Source: Selaginella moellendorffii
Lineage: Eukaryota > Plantae > Lycopodiophyta
Assembly: GCF_000143415.4 (NCBI RefSeq)
Contig: NW_003314317.1
Span: 248,001-312,000, forward strand
Length of the DNA: 64,000 nt
Direction: 5' to 3'
Shown: positions 36,897 to 49,493 of the stretch, piece by piece
Position numbering within the stretch: the first letter of the stretch is position 1
Layout: every line of letters begins with the position of its first letter
Program-made: the position numbers and the translations under genes
The notes under the pieces: model-generated
Told to the model about the DNA's origin: nothing
What the model saw: the letters and a program-made list of their open reading frames with translations, nothing else
Database searches by the model: none

Positions 36897-39800
36897 TCAG
36901 ACTGTTATTTTTTGCCTCCAACGCATATACAATAATCTTGGAATTTCATCACTCTCCACACTATCAGGATTTAAACCCAATAGTAATGCCATCTCTTCTC
37001 TAATACGTCCACGCTCATGTTCAATGGTCGAAAAACCCATCCGGTTGAGCAGATTATGGAGATGCGGATAGTGCTTGGCTAGACAATATACATGCCATAA
37101 ATGATGACTGGTGTCTGTCCGATCAAATGGCTTCTGATATACCGTTCCATCTGCCATTTGGTTGATTTCTGCAGCCACCTCCTGGACTGGCCGGTTCTCT
37201 ATCACCATCGCTCCAAGCCATTTTGCAAGGTCCCCCAGAACATACGGTTTCTTCTCCCTAGTTTCCATACTGCAAGAGATGGGGTGCATTGCATATGTGT
37301 GCGTGTTCGCTACAGTTTTAATCGGCGAGTCATCGATGATGAGGATTTCACTTGACCTAGCAGTCTGGTTCATCACTACAGCCTCTGGCTTGACGAAGAT
37401 GGGCTTGCTACCCCTCACATGGACCATAGTCAAGCAATCCTCCTGCGTTAGGAGAAAGTCAAATGGTAATATTACTCGCGTCTGATCGTGCATCATCTGT
37501 AGCAACGTTAATGCATTGTGGCGCATCATGGATGTCCAAACTCCCAATTGCAAATTGAACCCGGCCCTCTGTTTTAAGTGTCGCATGGTCATTATTAGAT
37601 CCCGAAGTTTCTCCTATGTGATTAATGTGAATATGTCTCTTTTGACCAACTTGCGACCGCAGGCTTTGGAGGGTGCAATGACATTCGAGGACGAGCCACG
37701 CTCATGGGAGAAAAGGACACCGTTCAGATCAAAAACGATACAGTACCTTCGCCGTGACTCTGAAATGAAATGCGTCAGCATAAAAAATGGTACAAGTCAA
37801 TTTTACCATCTACAATATTAGCGAATGGTGCTCCCGATGGTCGTTCAGAGGGTTTTGGTCGAGGAAACGTGAAGGGCGGAAATACTCTCCTCTGCAATGT
37901 GGGGTCAATTGCATCCGATGGCGTGTGGGCACATGCCATTTCAGCTGTAGACTCTGGTACAACTGGCTCAACAATGGCATGGGGTGGTTCCGATGGCGTG
38001 TGATCACACGCCATTTCAGCTGGTGCCTCCGTTGGCAAAGTGGACATGACCGAACAGGCAGCAGGGGCGGTGTAGGGAGGTTCCAACAGCGCGTAGTCAG
38101 ACGATTGGGCACACGTTGAGTCCGTTGGAAATGAGGATACGACCGGCTCGGCGGCTGGGGCGGCCTCATGCGGGTCCAATGGCACCTGGTCACCGTCAGT
38201 TGGATACGTGGACAAGATTGACTCAATGGTATGGGCAGCATCAAGTGGAGCGTGGTCAGCTTGCTTGGCGTTGATATGGATAGTAGCCTCCACCAGCTCT
38301 GATGACTCTTGCAGGCAAGTAGAGTCCACTGGCGGATCCATATGCATGTCCAAATATCTCCCTTCGATTGAGATGGTATCCTCCCGTGCTACTAAAAACA
38401 AACTCATTAGCACATTGAATCAACTATACTGTATTTACCATCAACTGTTATTGAGGAACTAGGACCGATATCACTTGGGCATACTGCTAATTCTGAAAGA
38501 TTGGACATACGTTTCGACCCTTGCTTGGCACTATCCTTCCTCGACACTAAAGGCTAGAGTTTGTAAATTCAACTGAATAATCTCTACTTACCATTTGCTC
38601 TGCAACCTACATGGACAATGTTAGAAATGGTAAAAGGTTAGGAATGGATGTACTATTATTTACCTGATGGTTTGTCTTGTATGACCTTCCTCCGCTGCTC
38701 TTTGGCCACCTCAGGCTGGCCATCGTCGTCATCATCGTCGTCGTCGTTATTGTGATCGTCACCATTGTGAGGACCATCCAAGTCCTCTTCGTCCTCCTCT
38801 TCTTCGTCCTCCTCTTTTTTGTCCTCCTCTTCGTCCTTCTGCTCTTCCTGCTCATTATCTTTCTCTGGCTCCTCATCCCCCTCCTGCATTTCTTCCATAG
38901 GCTGCTCAGGCTGGATGGCTTGTTCTTCCAGGACCATCTTGGGAAAATCATCTGGCCGAGTCTCCATCTCAAAATACAAGACATCCATAGCCTGTTTTAG
39001 TGTGTGACCTAGGACTGTATCCTCACCCGACTGTCTTAACATGGTTTCTGCACGTTCTTGCACCCTTCAAAGACGACGAGATGAGAAAAACGTGGCCCTG
39101 ACTTGAAAAGCATCCCTCATCCATTGTACCTCTCCATTGAGATTGGGGAAGGGGAGTCCGCCATAGGAATCTGAGTCAGGAGGTGGTGACTGGCTGCTTT
39201 CACTCAGCCCTTGATCTGCAATGAATGGCATGAGCACACACGCCATAACCGCGAGGCATTACCTATCATCTTTTCGTTGCCCTTCTTCCTTTTCGAATCA
39301 AACGCCTCTGATCCTGACAACTGTCCAACGTGCTTTCGCTTTTTATGACCACTGTCAGTTTGAGCTTGGCTGATGCTTGCCTGTTTTGCCTTTGAAGAAG
39401 TGTCTCCTGCAAGGAATGGCATGAGACCACACGCCATTGCAAATATAATTTGTACCTCCTTTTTTCCTATTGCTTGTCTGTTTGTCCTTCTTCGACGCGC
39501 CACCAGTGTGCTTTTCAGTCCTTGTGTCTGAATATTCACAACGATCTATAATCAAAATGGCGTGAGGCCTCACGTGACCTTACCTTGTGCAGGTTGTGAG
39601 CTCGGCCCAACATGGGTATCTTCAACAGTAGCTATTAATGCCGTTTCAGCATCTGGGGGTGGCCATGCTCCTGCATATAGAGCTTGTGAGATAACATTTA
39701 AACTTAAAGTGTGTACTCACCAGGTTCGCAGAGAAGATACTGTTTTTCTTTGGCAACTATAATTATATGCTCCATTGAAGTCACCTCTTCAATGGAGTTT

Positions 39801-40556
39801 GTCACCGCAACACACGGGACACCCTTGAGTAGTGCGGCTCGAAAGAATAGTCCACCGCAGTTGTACTCGACAACGCATTTGCCCTTGGAGTCGGAAGCAG
39901 GTGACCCACCCGCTATTTCGTTGAAGACCCAGCTGAGCATTTCCCATGCTGCACCTGGAGCTTTCTCTGGATTCTCTACTCTTTGCGGCTCTTCTTTTTG
40001 GTGGGTGTAGTGTTCGAACCCGAGGCAATGGCATCACCGAGTAGCTTCTTTTTTGGAGCAGGAGAGTCGGACGTTGGCTTGAGCTTGACCACCATTTTCT
40101 GCTTCGGGGTAGTTTCCAGATTGACCCCCTTCCCCTTCGCTTCGCGAACTGGAGGCACTCTCAACGGCTCAATGTTGGAATATAGTTTTTGAACATCGCC
40201 GTAGGTGAGGTCCGTAGATTCCATGTGATCTTCATAGACCCGTAGTGTCTTTAAAATTGTGGGCCTCCTGGACAACCTCTCCCTAGCTCCCTCTAGGAAT
40301 TCCTCATAACCGCTGCCCCCCTCCGGGAAGCCGCTAGGATGTGCAAGGTGGATCTTGAAGGCGGACGCTGTCTCTACCACAAGTGCCAGTCCATATTCTT
40401 GCATGGAACTACATGGAGTGTCTGTCACTTGGATGAGGATCCCCATGCATTCTTTTCTCCCACCATCTGTGTTGTACAGCTTCAGATCCTCGCCTTCCAT
40501 CCCGAAAGTCCAACTGGTGAGCTCCTCCCCCTTCTTTGCATCCACATTGACAGTGG
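36897..40556 (-). pseudogene. Multi-exon accessory gene of the Sola-like element with acidic/low-complexity middle and C-terminal FCP1/NIF-like HAD domain
   Basis: Four phase-1 GT-AG introns (39671-39720, 39528-39583, 39407-39455, 39216-39262) join ORF pieces in frame. YCIVFDLNGVL, LGVWTS, TQEDC, FVKP and ILIIDDSPIK motifs. Stops at about 39067 and 37614, frameshift at about 39990. Confidence 0.75.
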
Positions 40557-41968
40557 CTGGAAGAAGAACGCAATTCCTCGCCTATTCAGAAATGCACAAC
40601 AATTAGAGCTGACAGATGAAAAGCTAGCAGCTGGAAATAACGTGAGGCCACACGCAATTCACCACTACATCAGATGTCTTGAGGCTGCATCCTAAGATGG
40701 CGTGAGGCTACACGCCATCTGTAACCGGACTGCACTCGAGAGCCCAATCGGTGCATGCCAATGTTGCTACTAAATGGCATGTGGCCTCATGCCATTTTCT
40801 ACTTGGCCTAAAAGACTTACCATTTGAAGCCGAATGGAGGCGTGACAATCAAGGCCGGACTCGCTGGCGAATGTGCACTGTGTGTGCAGCGGATTGTAGC
40901 AGCAAGGCTACTCTGCCACTTACAGTTGGAGAGTGGCGCTGAAATCTCCCGGGACGCCAAGTGGGCTGCGTGTGGGTGGCGGAGTGGGCGGCGGAGTTGG
41001 CGGCAAAGTTACAAACTGGGTGTGTCTTGAAGTGGACGCCGATGCACACGAGCACGATGCGAGCGCGAGTGTGATGCAAGTGCGAGTGGACGCCGATGCA
41101 CACGAGAAACCTGTAGAGAAGGTAGATGAGCGCAAATGTGAGCGTGATCGCGAGTGGGAGCGCGATGCGAGCGCGAGTACAAAGCAAAATGCAAAACCTA
41201 ACCTCACACGCGCGAAATGTCACAACGGTTGGTAATCCCGCCACGTCATCATTCCTCGGACTTGGGCGCCACCATTAATTTCTTGATCGCCACGCGCATG
41301 CATGCACGTGAAATCCAAAAGAAATCCGCAACGTCATCATTCTGTGAGCGACTAAATTTTCCATTCTACTTTAGTCAGGCAACCACACCTCCAACCACTT
41401 GGAGGAGTCTCACTCACAACCTCCGTAAGTCCTATTTCAGACTTGGGCTTGTTAGCCCCGAGAATGGCATCCCCGCCACTCAACCTTTGCACTTGATCCA
41501 AGTGCTCCACGTGTCCGATCCCATGACCGACACCCCAAGGTACCACCGACATATCTGCCCGTTACGCTAAGGCCATGCCCCTTTACCTTGGTCACACTAG
41601 TGGTCTAACACCACCTGCATCACAGTCCCCTCTCTCAAGGACTGGGCCATCCGTCCATGAGTGATCATTCTAGATCCCCTCCTTAGCATCCTTAGGATGC
41701 CCACAGACATGGGGAATAGCCTTCCCCAATATCCCTTTTCCGGTCTTCGCCAAGTCCCTTTCTGGCCATCGCCGTGTTTGCCAACACTGCCACTGGATCA
41801 AGGCTCACAGGCCCGACCACTAAGTCCCACGGTCCTCTGGGACTTCCTCACCACACGACTGTATCCTTAGTCACTACACCAGAGGACTGCTCCTCTGCCT
41901 TTCCACAGTCTGGGCCTTCGGGACAACATTTCGGAACACTGTGGCCTTACGCAAGCCTCGGGGGTACT

Positions 41969-44900
41969 TGTGAGACACAAAATCCCTAGGCCCCAAAGTG
42001 GAGCCGGAAGGGTGCCATGTGGTGGTGGCCGAAGCGAAAACCAAACGAGCGTAACACGTTTGGACTAAAAGCTCCGACTCGAAAGGTTGAGAGCGGGAGT
42101 GGAACTCCCAACAAAGTGTTCGAGGAACGAGCACGAAGCGAGCAATAAGCGAGGCTCCAAAAAGGGACCCAAAAGGACCAACCCATGACACGTGGAAGTG
42201 TCCGAGATGGACCCGAGATGGACCTGAGATGGAGTCCGAGATGGAGTCCGAGATGGAGTCCGAGATGGAGTCCGAGGTGGAGTCCGAGATGGACCCGAGA
42301 TGGAGTCCGAGATGGAGTCCGAGGTGGAGTCCGAGATGGCCCCGAGGTGGAGTCCGAGATGGACCTGAGATGGAGTCCGAGATGGAGTCCGAGATGGACC
42401 CGAGGTGGAGTCCGAGATGGACCCGAGATGGAGTCCGAGATGGAGTCCGAGGTGGAGTCCGAGATGGACCCAAGATGGACCCGAGATGGAGTCCGAGATG
42501 GAGTCCGAGATGGAGTCCGAGATGGAGTCCGAGGTGGAGTCCGAATCCGAGTCCAAGTCCGAGTCCGAGTCCGAGTCCGAGTCCGAGTCTGAGAGGGTGA
42601 AAGCCCAAAGCGTTCGTCTCCCAGACCCTGGGGGGTTTGGTGAGCTCCAAAAGTATAGTAGGGGGAGGACTGCAGTGGAGCCAGTTTGGCCAGGAAAGGT
42701 CAGTTTGGCCCAGGAAGGCCGGACCCAGTGTTGGGTGATGAGCTGCCCACTGGGAAGTCCAAGACTAGAGTGAACACAGACCGACAAGCGGGGTAGCTTA
42801 GTGAAGTGTTCAAGAGCTGGCTGTAGTTCCCCCGGGAGATCGACTGGCCGATGCTCCCAGTCCAAGTGTGGGTGGCACTACCTACTTGGATACCTGGTGT
42901 GGCTCAACGAAACCCGCTCTAAGCCCATGGCTAGAGCACCCAAGGGCAGAAGGCGAGGAGAGTACCCAGGTGGCTTGCGTAAGGCCACGGTGTTCCGAAA
43001 TGTTGTCCCAAAGGCCCAGACTATGGAAAGGAAGAGGAGCAGTCCTCTGGGGTAGTGACCAAGGACACAGTCCTGTGGTGAGGAAGTCCCAGAGGACCGT
43101 GGGACTTAGTGGTCGGGCCTGTGGGTCTCGATCCAGTGGCAGTGTTGGCAAACACGGCCAGGGGCAGAAAGGGACTTAGTGGGGACTGACAGAGGGATAT
43201 TGGGGAAGGCTATTCCCCTTGTCGGTGGGCATCCTAAGGATGCTAAGGAGTGGATCCGAAATGACCACTCACGGATGGTTTGCCTAGTCTTGGAGAGCCA
43301 AGACTGTGATGCAAGTGGTAATGGACTACTAGTGTGGCAAAGGTGATTGGGCATGGCCTTAGCGTAACGGGCTGCCATGTCGGTGGTACCTTTGAGTGTC
43401 GGTCATGGGATCGGACACGTGGAGCACTTGGACCAAGTGCAAATGTTGAGTGGCATGGATGCCATTCTCGGGGCTAGCAAGTCCCAAGTCCTGGATTGAA
43501 CTTATGGAGGTTGTGAATGAGACTCCTCCAAGTGGTCGGAGGTGTGGTTAAGTGACTAAAGTAGAATGGAAAAATTAGTCGCTTACAACTTGGTATCGGA
43601 GCTGTTCCTTAGTCCGACTTTTATTGGTGCTCAAATATATCACCACTAGTGTTGGCATCGGAAGGTCCGAGGAGTGGGCCTATCCTTGAGGAGTAGCAAG
43701 TCGGGAAGACATGGCTCTCCATTACAGTTCATGTGTGAACTTGTAGACGAGGTGGTGGATAGAAAAGGGCCAATAATGGAACGACTTTGGGATCTTGGGA
43801 ACAGTGCAAGGTTTTCCTCATTGAGTTGAGGATGTGATCCGGATGAGCATTTGTCTCAGCAAATTGGCTAAAGTTGTTGTGGTAAACAACTAAAGTTGGG
43901 ATCACGGGAAAGATAGAGACTCCAAAACAATAAAGGAGTCACAAGATTATCCTCATATAGTTGAAGTTGGTGCTCATGAATGTGAGACCAGAGGTAATGA
44001 CCATAGGAGGTCAAATACGGAAAAGGACTCAAGTCCTTGAAATGGTAGCCGGGGCTACCTTTAATAAATGCTGGAACAACCCAAGGAGTTGGGGGGGTGT
44101 ACTTAAAGATGAGTGGTATTCTCATCGCATGGACAAGTAGTCCTAAGGGGCAAAAGTTGCCCCCAGAGAACAAAATCAAGTGTCAGAGTAACACTTGTGA
44201 AAATAGTCCTTTTGAGTAGGACAGGAATGCAAGAAGTGTATTCCAATGAGCTAGTGCCTCACAAGTAGGACCTTAAGGGTCTGTGGATTAACCAAGTCCA
44301 AAACTGCTGATGACTCAAGTAGAGTCAAGGGATGGTCCTAAAAGGACTGATGGAAGCATTTGGACTGAGGTGTGTTGTACCCCACAAAGGATGGGGGGGG
44401 ATCATAGGATCCAAGGATGAGAACAGAGGGTATCTCATCGATGGCAAAATGTGTCATGCTAAAGTTATGGGAAAGGTGTTCCCAGAAGAAAACAACTTTG
44501 ACACAAAGTTGTGTGTGACCTCTATGGTGCAGTGCTAACGGATGGTTGGCATGAGAAAGAGCGGTGTTGGTCTTGGCAAAGACATAAACACGAAGGGGAA
44601 GTGTCATAGAGGTAGGCTCGTGGAGCCGATGGTGTGGAGACACCAAATGTGCCAAGGTGTGATACCTTGAGGCTACGTTGGTGGGTTCATGAGAACCCCC
44701 TGCCAAAGGAATCCCAATGGAAATGGGAATGGCATATCCTAAGCTGCAGAGCATGCAGTTGGAGTGTGGTGACCCAGATAATGATGGAGGTGTGAAAGCA
44801 CCAAACAATGAGTTGTAGGACTTGACAACTATGAAGCAACTAAGCAAGAGGTGCAAAATAACTGGTTGAACGGGTAGAAGGTAGCTACCCAAGACTTCTT

Positions 44901-47900
44901 AATAGCATAGGGAAGTCGGATATACCCTTACGGGGGATATGTTGCTTGTGTTGCGATATAGTAAGTCAATGTCATAAAAGGAAATACTCATTGTTAAGAA
45001 AGCCATCATTGGGACACCCAAACACTCTAGAACACCAGAAGGTGGTGTTTGATGTTGCGAGGGCAATGGATAAAGCCCAAGGGACTAAGTCCCTAGCGAA
45101 TGATGGATAGAAGGTGCTATCCAAATGTCCAAGGTTGCAGAGACAGGAGAGGACTGTCTACCCGAGTTGGACAAAGCCAAAAATGGAATTTTGGCAAGGC
45201 TAGTGATGGGCATGTAAAGGCCCATAAGCAACAATGTAATCCCAGTGTGCGGGATTATAAGGTGAGCATACCCGGATTGAGGAACCACTCCCTGGGCTAT
45301 TGGGTAGGTTCATCCCTAAGGATACTTGCTAAGGCATGATAGAAAGTGCAAAGCTATCCTCCTGGTCTTGAGGAGAATGACCGAAGGAAAGGTGTGAAGC
45401 CAAAAGCAAGAAGTAAGGGGATGGAACCGAACCATAGGAATCGAAGGCCATAACCAAGGTTGGTTATGCCAGCTGGGAGTGGAGAATCAAGTGGGGGCTC
45501 GAGGGTGTTGCCGCTAGCAACCGTGATGCCATGGAGAGTCTAAAATATGGAATTGTCCATGTTAGACTATGTGGCAATTGGAAAGCTTGCAAAAAGGGAG
45601 GCCTTTGCAAGCTAAGGGACAGAGTTCCTTCAAGGTTCCCGAAGACGATTCTAGGTAGCTTAGTACCTAGAAAGGCCAAAGTGTAAATGGTTCATAGAAC
45701 GCGCGAAATCAGAGTGGCGCAGCAGAAGCGTGGTCTTGAAGCTTGCCATGAGGCAAGGCTGTCAAGGTTAGGGAAGTAGTTCCCGAGTGTTCAAAGAGAG
45801 GGCTTTGAACAAAAGTCGATGGTCAAGGGCTTTCACGCTTGTGCAAAAACCATGTTACAGTGGTCGAAGGACTTGCCAAAGCGAGATTGGCAAGTCAGGG
45901 GAACAAATACCCTAGTTGAAGGTGATAACTTCAAAAAGGGTGGGCCATGGGGCCAAGCATGGAGGAGTCCATGCATGATCACAGGCCTGTCAAGTGAGAG
46001 GACTTGGCAGTGGGGAGGAACTAGGTTCTTAAGCTGTGATCTATAGCGCGCTTTGAGTATAAGTTGGTGCACCGGCGTGGGGAGTCACGCCAGGCATCCT
46101 GGGTGATGCCGTCCGTAGATGCATATACGAAGGTTGGGTTCGAGTCCCGACCCTCTAGTGCTTGGGTTCGAGTCCCAAATCACTAGGGCGTGGTGATGGT
46201 TTGGAATATGAGGACACTCATATTTCGGTGGTCATGGACTCTCAGTGGGGAGACTGGTTTGGGCACACCGCCAAGCGAGGGATGCCTCGGACTCGTGATG
46301 CACGGTTAGATTGCTTAGTGTGAAAGCTCGGCATATCTAACTTGAACGCTTTGGTGCAAGTGGCACCAAGGACGTGGTGAGTGAGATGGGGACACCTAAT
46401 CTCGGTTGCTATGAACCCTTGGCTGTAAGGGCTGGCTTGGGTGCACCGCCAAGTGTGGGGGATGCCCCCGGGGTTATAGTCAACAACTTGAAGGTCTAGA
46501 AGACCAAGTACCTCTTGGCAACTCTGTTAAAGTGCCAAGGTGAGATCACTAGGTGATCTTATGGCCAAATAAGGACAAAGTCCTTGGTTGGTTAAGGGAT
46601 AAAGTTCCAAGTTCAAAATGTTGATTAGAACTATTGATGATGGTGTGGCTTGGTCGAGGTGACCAAGTGAGAAGGACACTTTAGGGAAATGAGATATGTC
46701 CATGCAATGACATAGTGAGTCCGAGGAAAGTAGTCTCTATGAGAGACCCATGGGAGGGTCATAGAGTTGGGCCGTGGATAGAGCTCACAGCAGAAAATGC
46801 TAAAGAGACGTACTAGGGGTGAACACCCTCCGGACTTGGCAAAGGAGAGTCTTTGCTATGGAACCGAAAGGATACCTCAAAAATGGAGGTAGCGATCCTA
46901 TGTTGCTGGGTGCAATAATCAAGGATAGGAGCAAAAGACTGTGGCTAAGTAAAGAGCCATGGGAATCATGGGAAAGAATCCAAATGGCAAAGTTAGGCCA
47001 AGAACACTAAAGTGTTGGGTGCTAACGGATTGTCGGAAAGGCAAGGTGTTCCCAAGGATGGATTCCCAATTGCTCCGATTTGGCGAAAGCAGAAGCTCCA
47101 AGGGTGGGAGCGGTAAGGTAGCCAAATGATAGGGCCATGGACAGCCCTAGCACCAAAATATGATAACTGGAACTCAGTGCCCAAAGGTGGCATGAAATCG
47201 AACAAAGGATGATGGTGCCCTCAAGTGGAGAACTTTCTAGGATGAGGAAGTGGAGTTGCACAATATGTGCAATGCAAGGTGTCGGAGACACCTAGGAAAT
47301 TGACTTCGAGAAGTCAGAATTAAAAGTTCCAAGGTGCATGGATTATGTCGAGGGAAAGTGAGACCACTTGAGAACGAGTAGTGGGATCGAGTTAGAGAAG
47401 GTGTCTTTAACAGGTTTAGTGAGAACTAAACCAATAAAAGGAGAGAACCACCACAAGTGGTCAAATGACCCTCTAAGTTGGAGAGGCTATGCTCCTTACA
47501 GGACGGACAAGGCATGGTGAGCCTTTGGTATCAAACCAAAGACAAATATTGGCTAGGTGCCAAGGATGGAAATGGTAACACGTGTGGGTGTTACTTTATG
47601 AAAGGGTTTACCGTTCGATGAGGACATCGAACTTTGTCTATGGGTGGTGGAGTTGTGAGACACAAAATCCCTAGGCCCCAAAGTGGAGCCGGAAGGGTGC
47701 CATGTGGTGGTGGCCGAAGCGAAAACCAAACGAGCGTAACACGTTTGGACTAAAAGCTCCGACTCGAAAGGTTGAGAGCGGGAGTGGAACTCCCAACAAA
47801 GTGTTCGAGGAACGAGCACGAAGCGAGCAATAAGCGAGGCTCCAAAAAGGGACCCAAAAGGACCAACACATGACACGTGGAAGTGTCCGAGATGGACCCA

Positions 47901-49493
47901 AGATGGACCCGAGATGGAGTCCGAGATGGAGTCCGAGATAGAGTCCGAGATGGAGTCCGAGGTGGAGTCCGAGATGGACCCGAGATGGAGTCCGAGATGG
48001 AGTCCGAGGTGGAGTCCGAGATGGACCCGAGGTGGAGTCCGAGATGGACCCGAGATGGAGTCCGAGATGGAGTCCGAGATGGACCCGAGGTGGAGTCCGA
48101 GATGGACCCGAGATGGAGTCCGAGATGGAGTTCGAGGTGGAGTCCGAGATGGACCCGAGATGGACCCGAGATGGAGTCCGAGGTGGAGTCCGAGATGGAC
48201 CCGAGGTGGAGTCCGAGATGGACCCGAGATGGAGTCCGAGATGGACCCGAGGTGGAGTCCGAGATGGACCCGAGATGGAGTCCGAGATGGACCCGAGATG
48301 GAGTCCGAGATGGAGTCCGAGATGGACCCGAGATGGAGTCCGAAGTCGGGACCGAGACCGGGACCGAGACCGGGACCGAGACCGAGACCGAGACCGAGAT
48401 CGGGACCGAGACCGAGACCAAGGCCGAGGCCGAGAGCGAGCCCGAGCCCGAGTCCGAGTCCGATTCCGAATCCGAGTCCGAGTCCGAGTCCGAGTCCAAG
48501 TCCGAGTCCGAGTCTAAGAGGGTGAAAGCCCAAAGCGTTCGTCTCCCAGACCCTGGGGGGTTTGGTGAGCTCCAAAAGTATAGTACGGGGAGGACTGCAG
48601 TGGAGCCAGTTTGGCCCAGGAAGGCCGGACCCAGTGTTGGGTGATGAGCTGCCCACTGGGAAGTCCAAAACTAGAGTGAACACGGACCGACAAGCGGGGT
48701 AGCTTGGTGAAGTGTTCAAGAGCCGGCTCTAGTTCCCCTGGGAGATCGACTAGCCGATGTTCCCAGTCCAAGTGTGGGTGGCACTACCTACTTGGATACC
48801 TGGTGTGGCTCAACGGAACCCGCTCTAAGCCCATGGCTAGAGCACCCAAGGGCAAAAGGCGAGGAGAGTACCCAGGTGGCTTGCGTAAGGCCACGGTGTT
48901 CCAAAATGTTGTCCCAAAGGCCCAGACTGTGGAAAGGAAGAGGAGCAGTCCTCTGGGGTAGTGACCAAGGACACAGTCGTGTGGTGAGGAAGTCCTAGAG
49001 GACCGTGGGACTTAATGGTCGGGCCTGTGGGTCTCGATCCAGTGGCAGTGTTGGCAAACACGGCCAGGGGCAGAAAGGGACTTAGTGGGGACTGACAGAG
49101 GGATATTGGGGAAGGCTATTCCCCTTGTCGGTGGGCATCCTAAGGATGCTAAGGAGTGGATCCGAAATGACCACTCACGGATGGTTTGCCTAGTCTTGGA
49201 GAGCCAAGACTGTGATGCAAGTGGTAATGGACTACCAGTGTGGCAAAGGTGATTGGGCATGGCCTTAGCGTAACGGGCTGCCATGTCGGTGGTACCTTTG
49301 AGTGTCGGTCATGGGATCGGACACGTGGAGCACTTGGACCAAGTGCAAATGTTGAGTGGCATGGATGCCATTCTCGGGGCTAGCAAGTCCCAAGTCCTGG
49401 ATTGAACTTATGGAGGTTGTGAATGAGACTCCTCCAAGTGGTCGGAGGTGTGGTTAAGTGACTAAAGTAGAATGGAAAATTTAGTCGCTTACA
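41969..49493 (+). mobile_element. Full non-autonomous LTR element family B (LARD-like)
   Basis: LTRs at 41969-43587 and 47654-49493. TSD GTACT. PBS TGGTATCGGAGC at 43591. PPT TGGGTGGTGGAGT. The 4.07-kb internal region has no recognisable gag/pol motifs in the ORF track. Confidence 0.92.
47885..48515. repeat. LTR-internal minisatellite (GAGATGGAGTCC/GAGATGGACCC, then CCGAGA/CCGAGT hexamers); also at about 17815-18110, 19280-19620, 42200-42590, 49870-50320
   Basis: Directly visible tandem arrays. They generate the spurious MESE/SPRW/RDGV ORFs. Confidence 0.95.

Noticed and set aside
42200-42600. CRISPR-like array
   Set aside because: Head-to-tail microsatellite with no unique spacers, in a eukaryotic context. 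The 22-bp palindromes are also irregularly spaced.
44305-44332. Hammerhead ribozyme (retrozyme) in family B, from CTGATGA plus a hairpin
   Set aside because: The stem is not followed by GAAA and no stems I/III were found. It is also not in the LTR.
47553-48719. Long ORFs (MESEMESE, SRTPSRTP, GLGLGL, RDGVRDGV) in LTRs
   Set aside because: By-products of stop-poor minisatellites, open in several frames on both strands.
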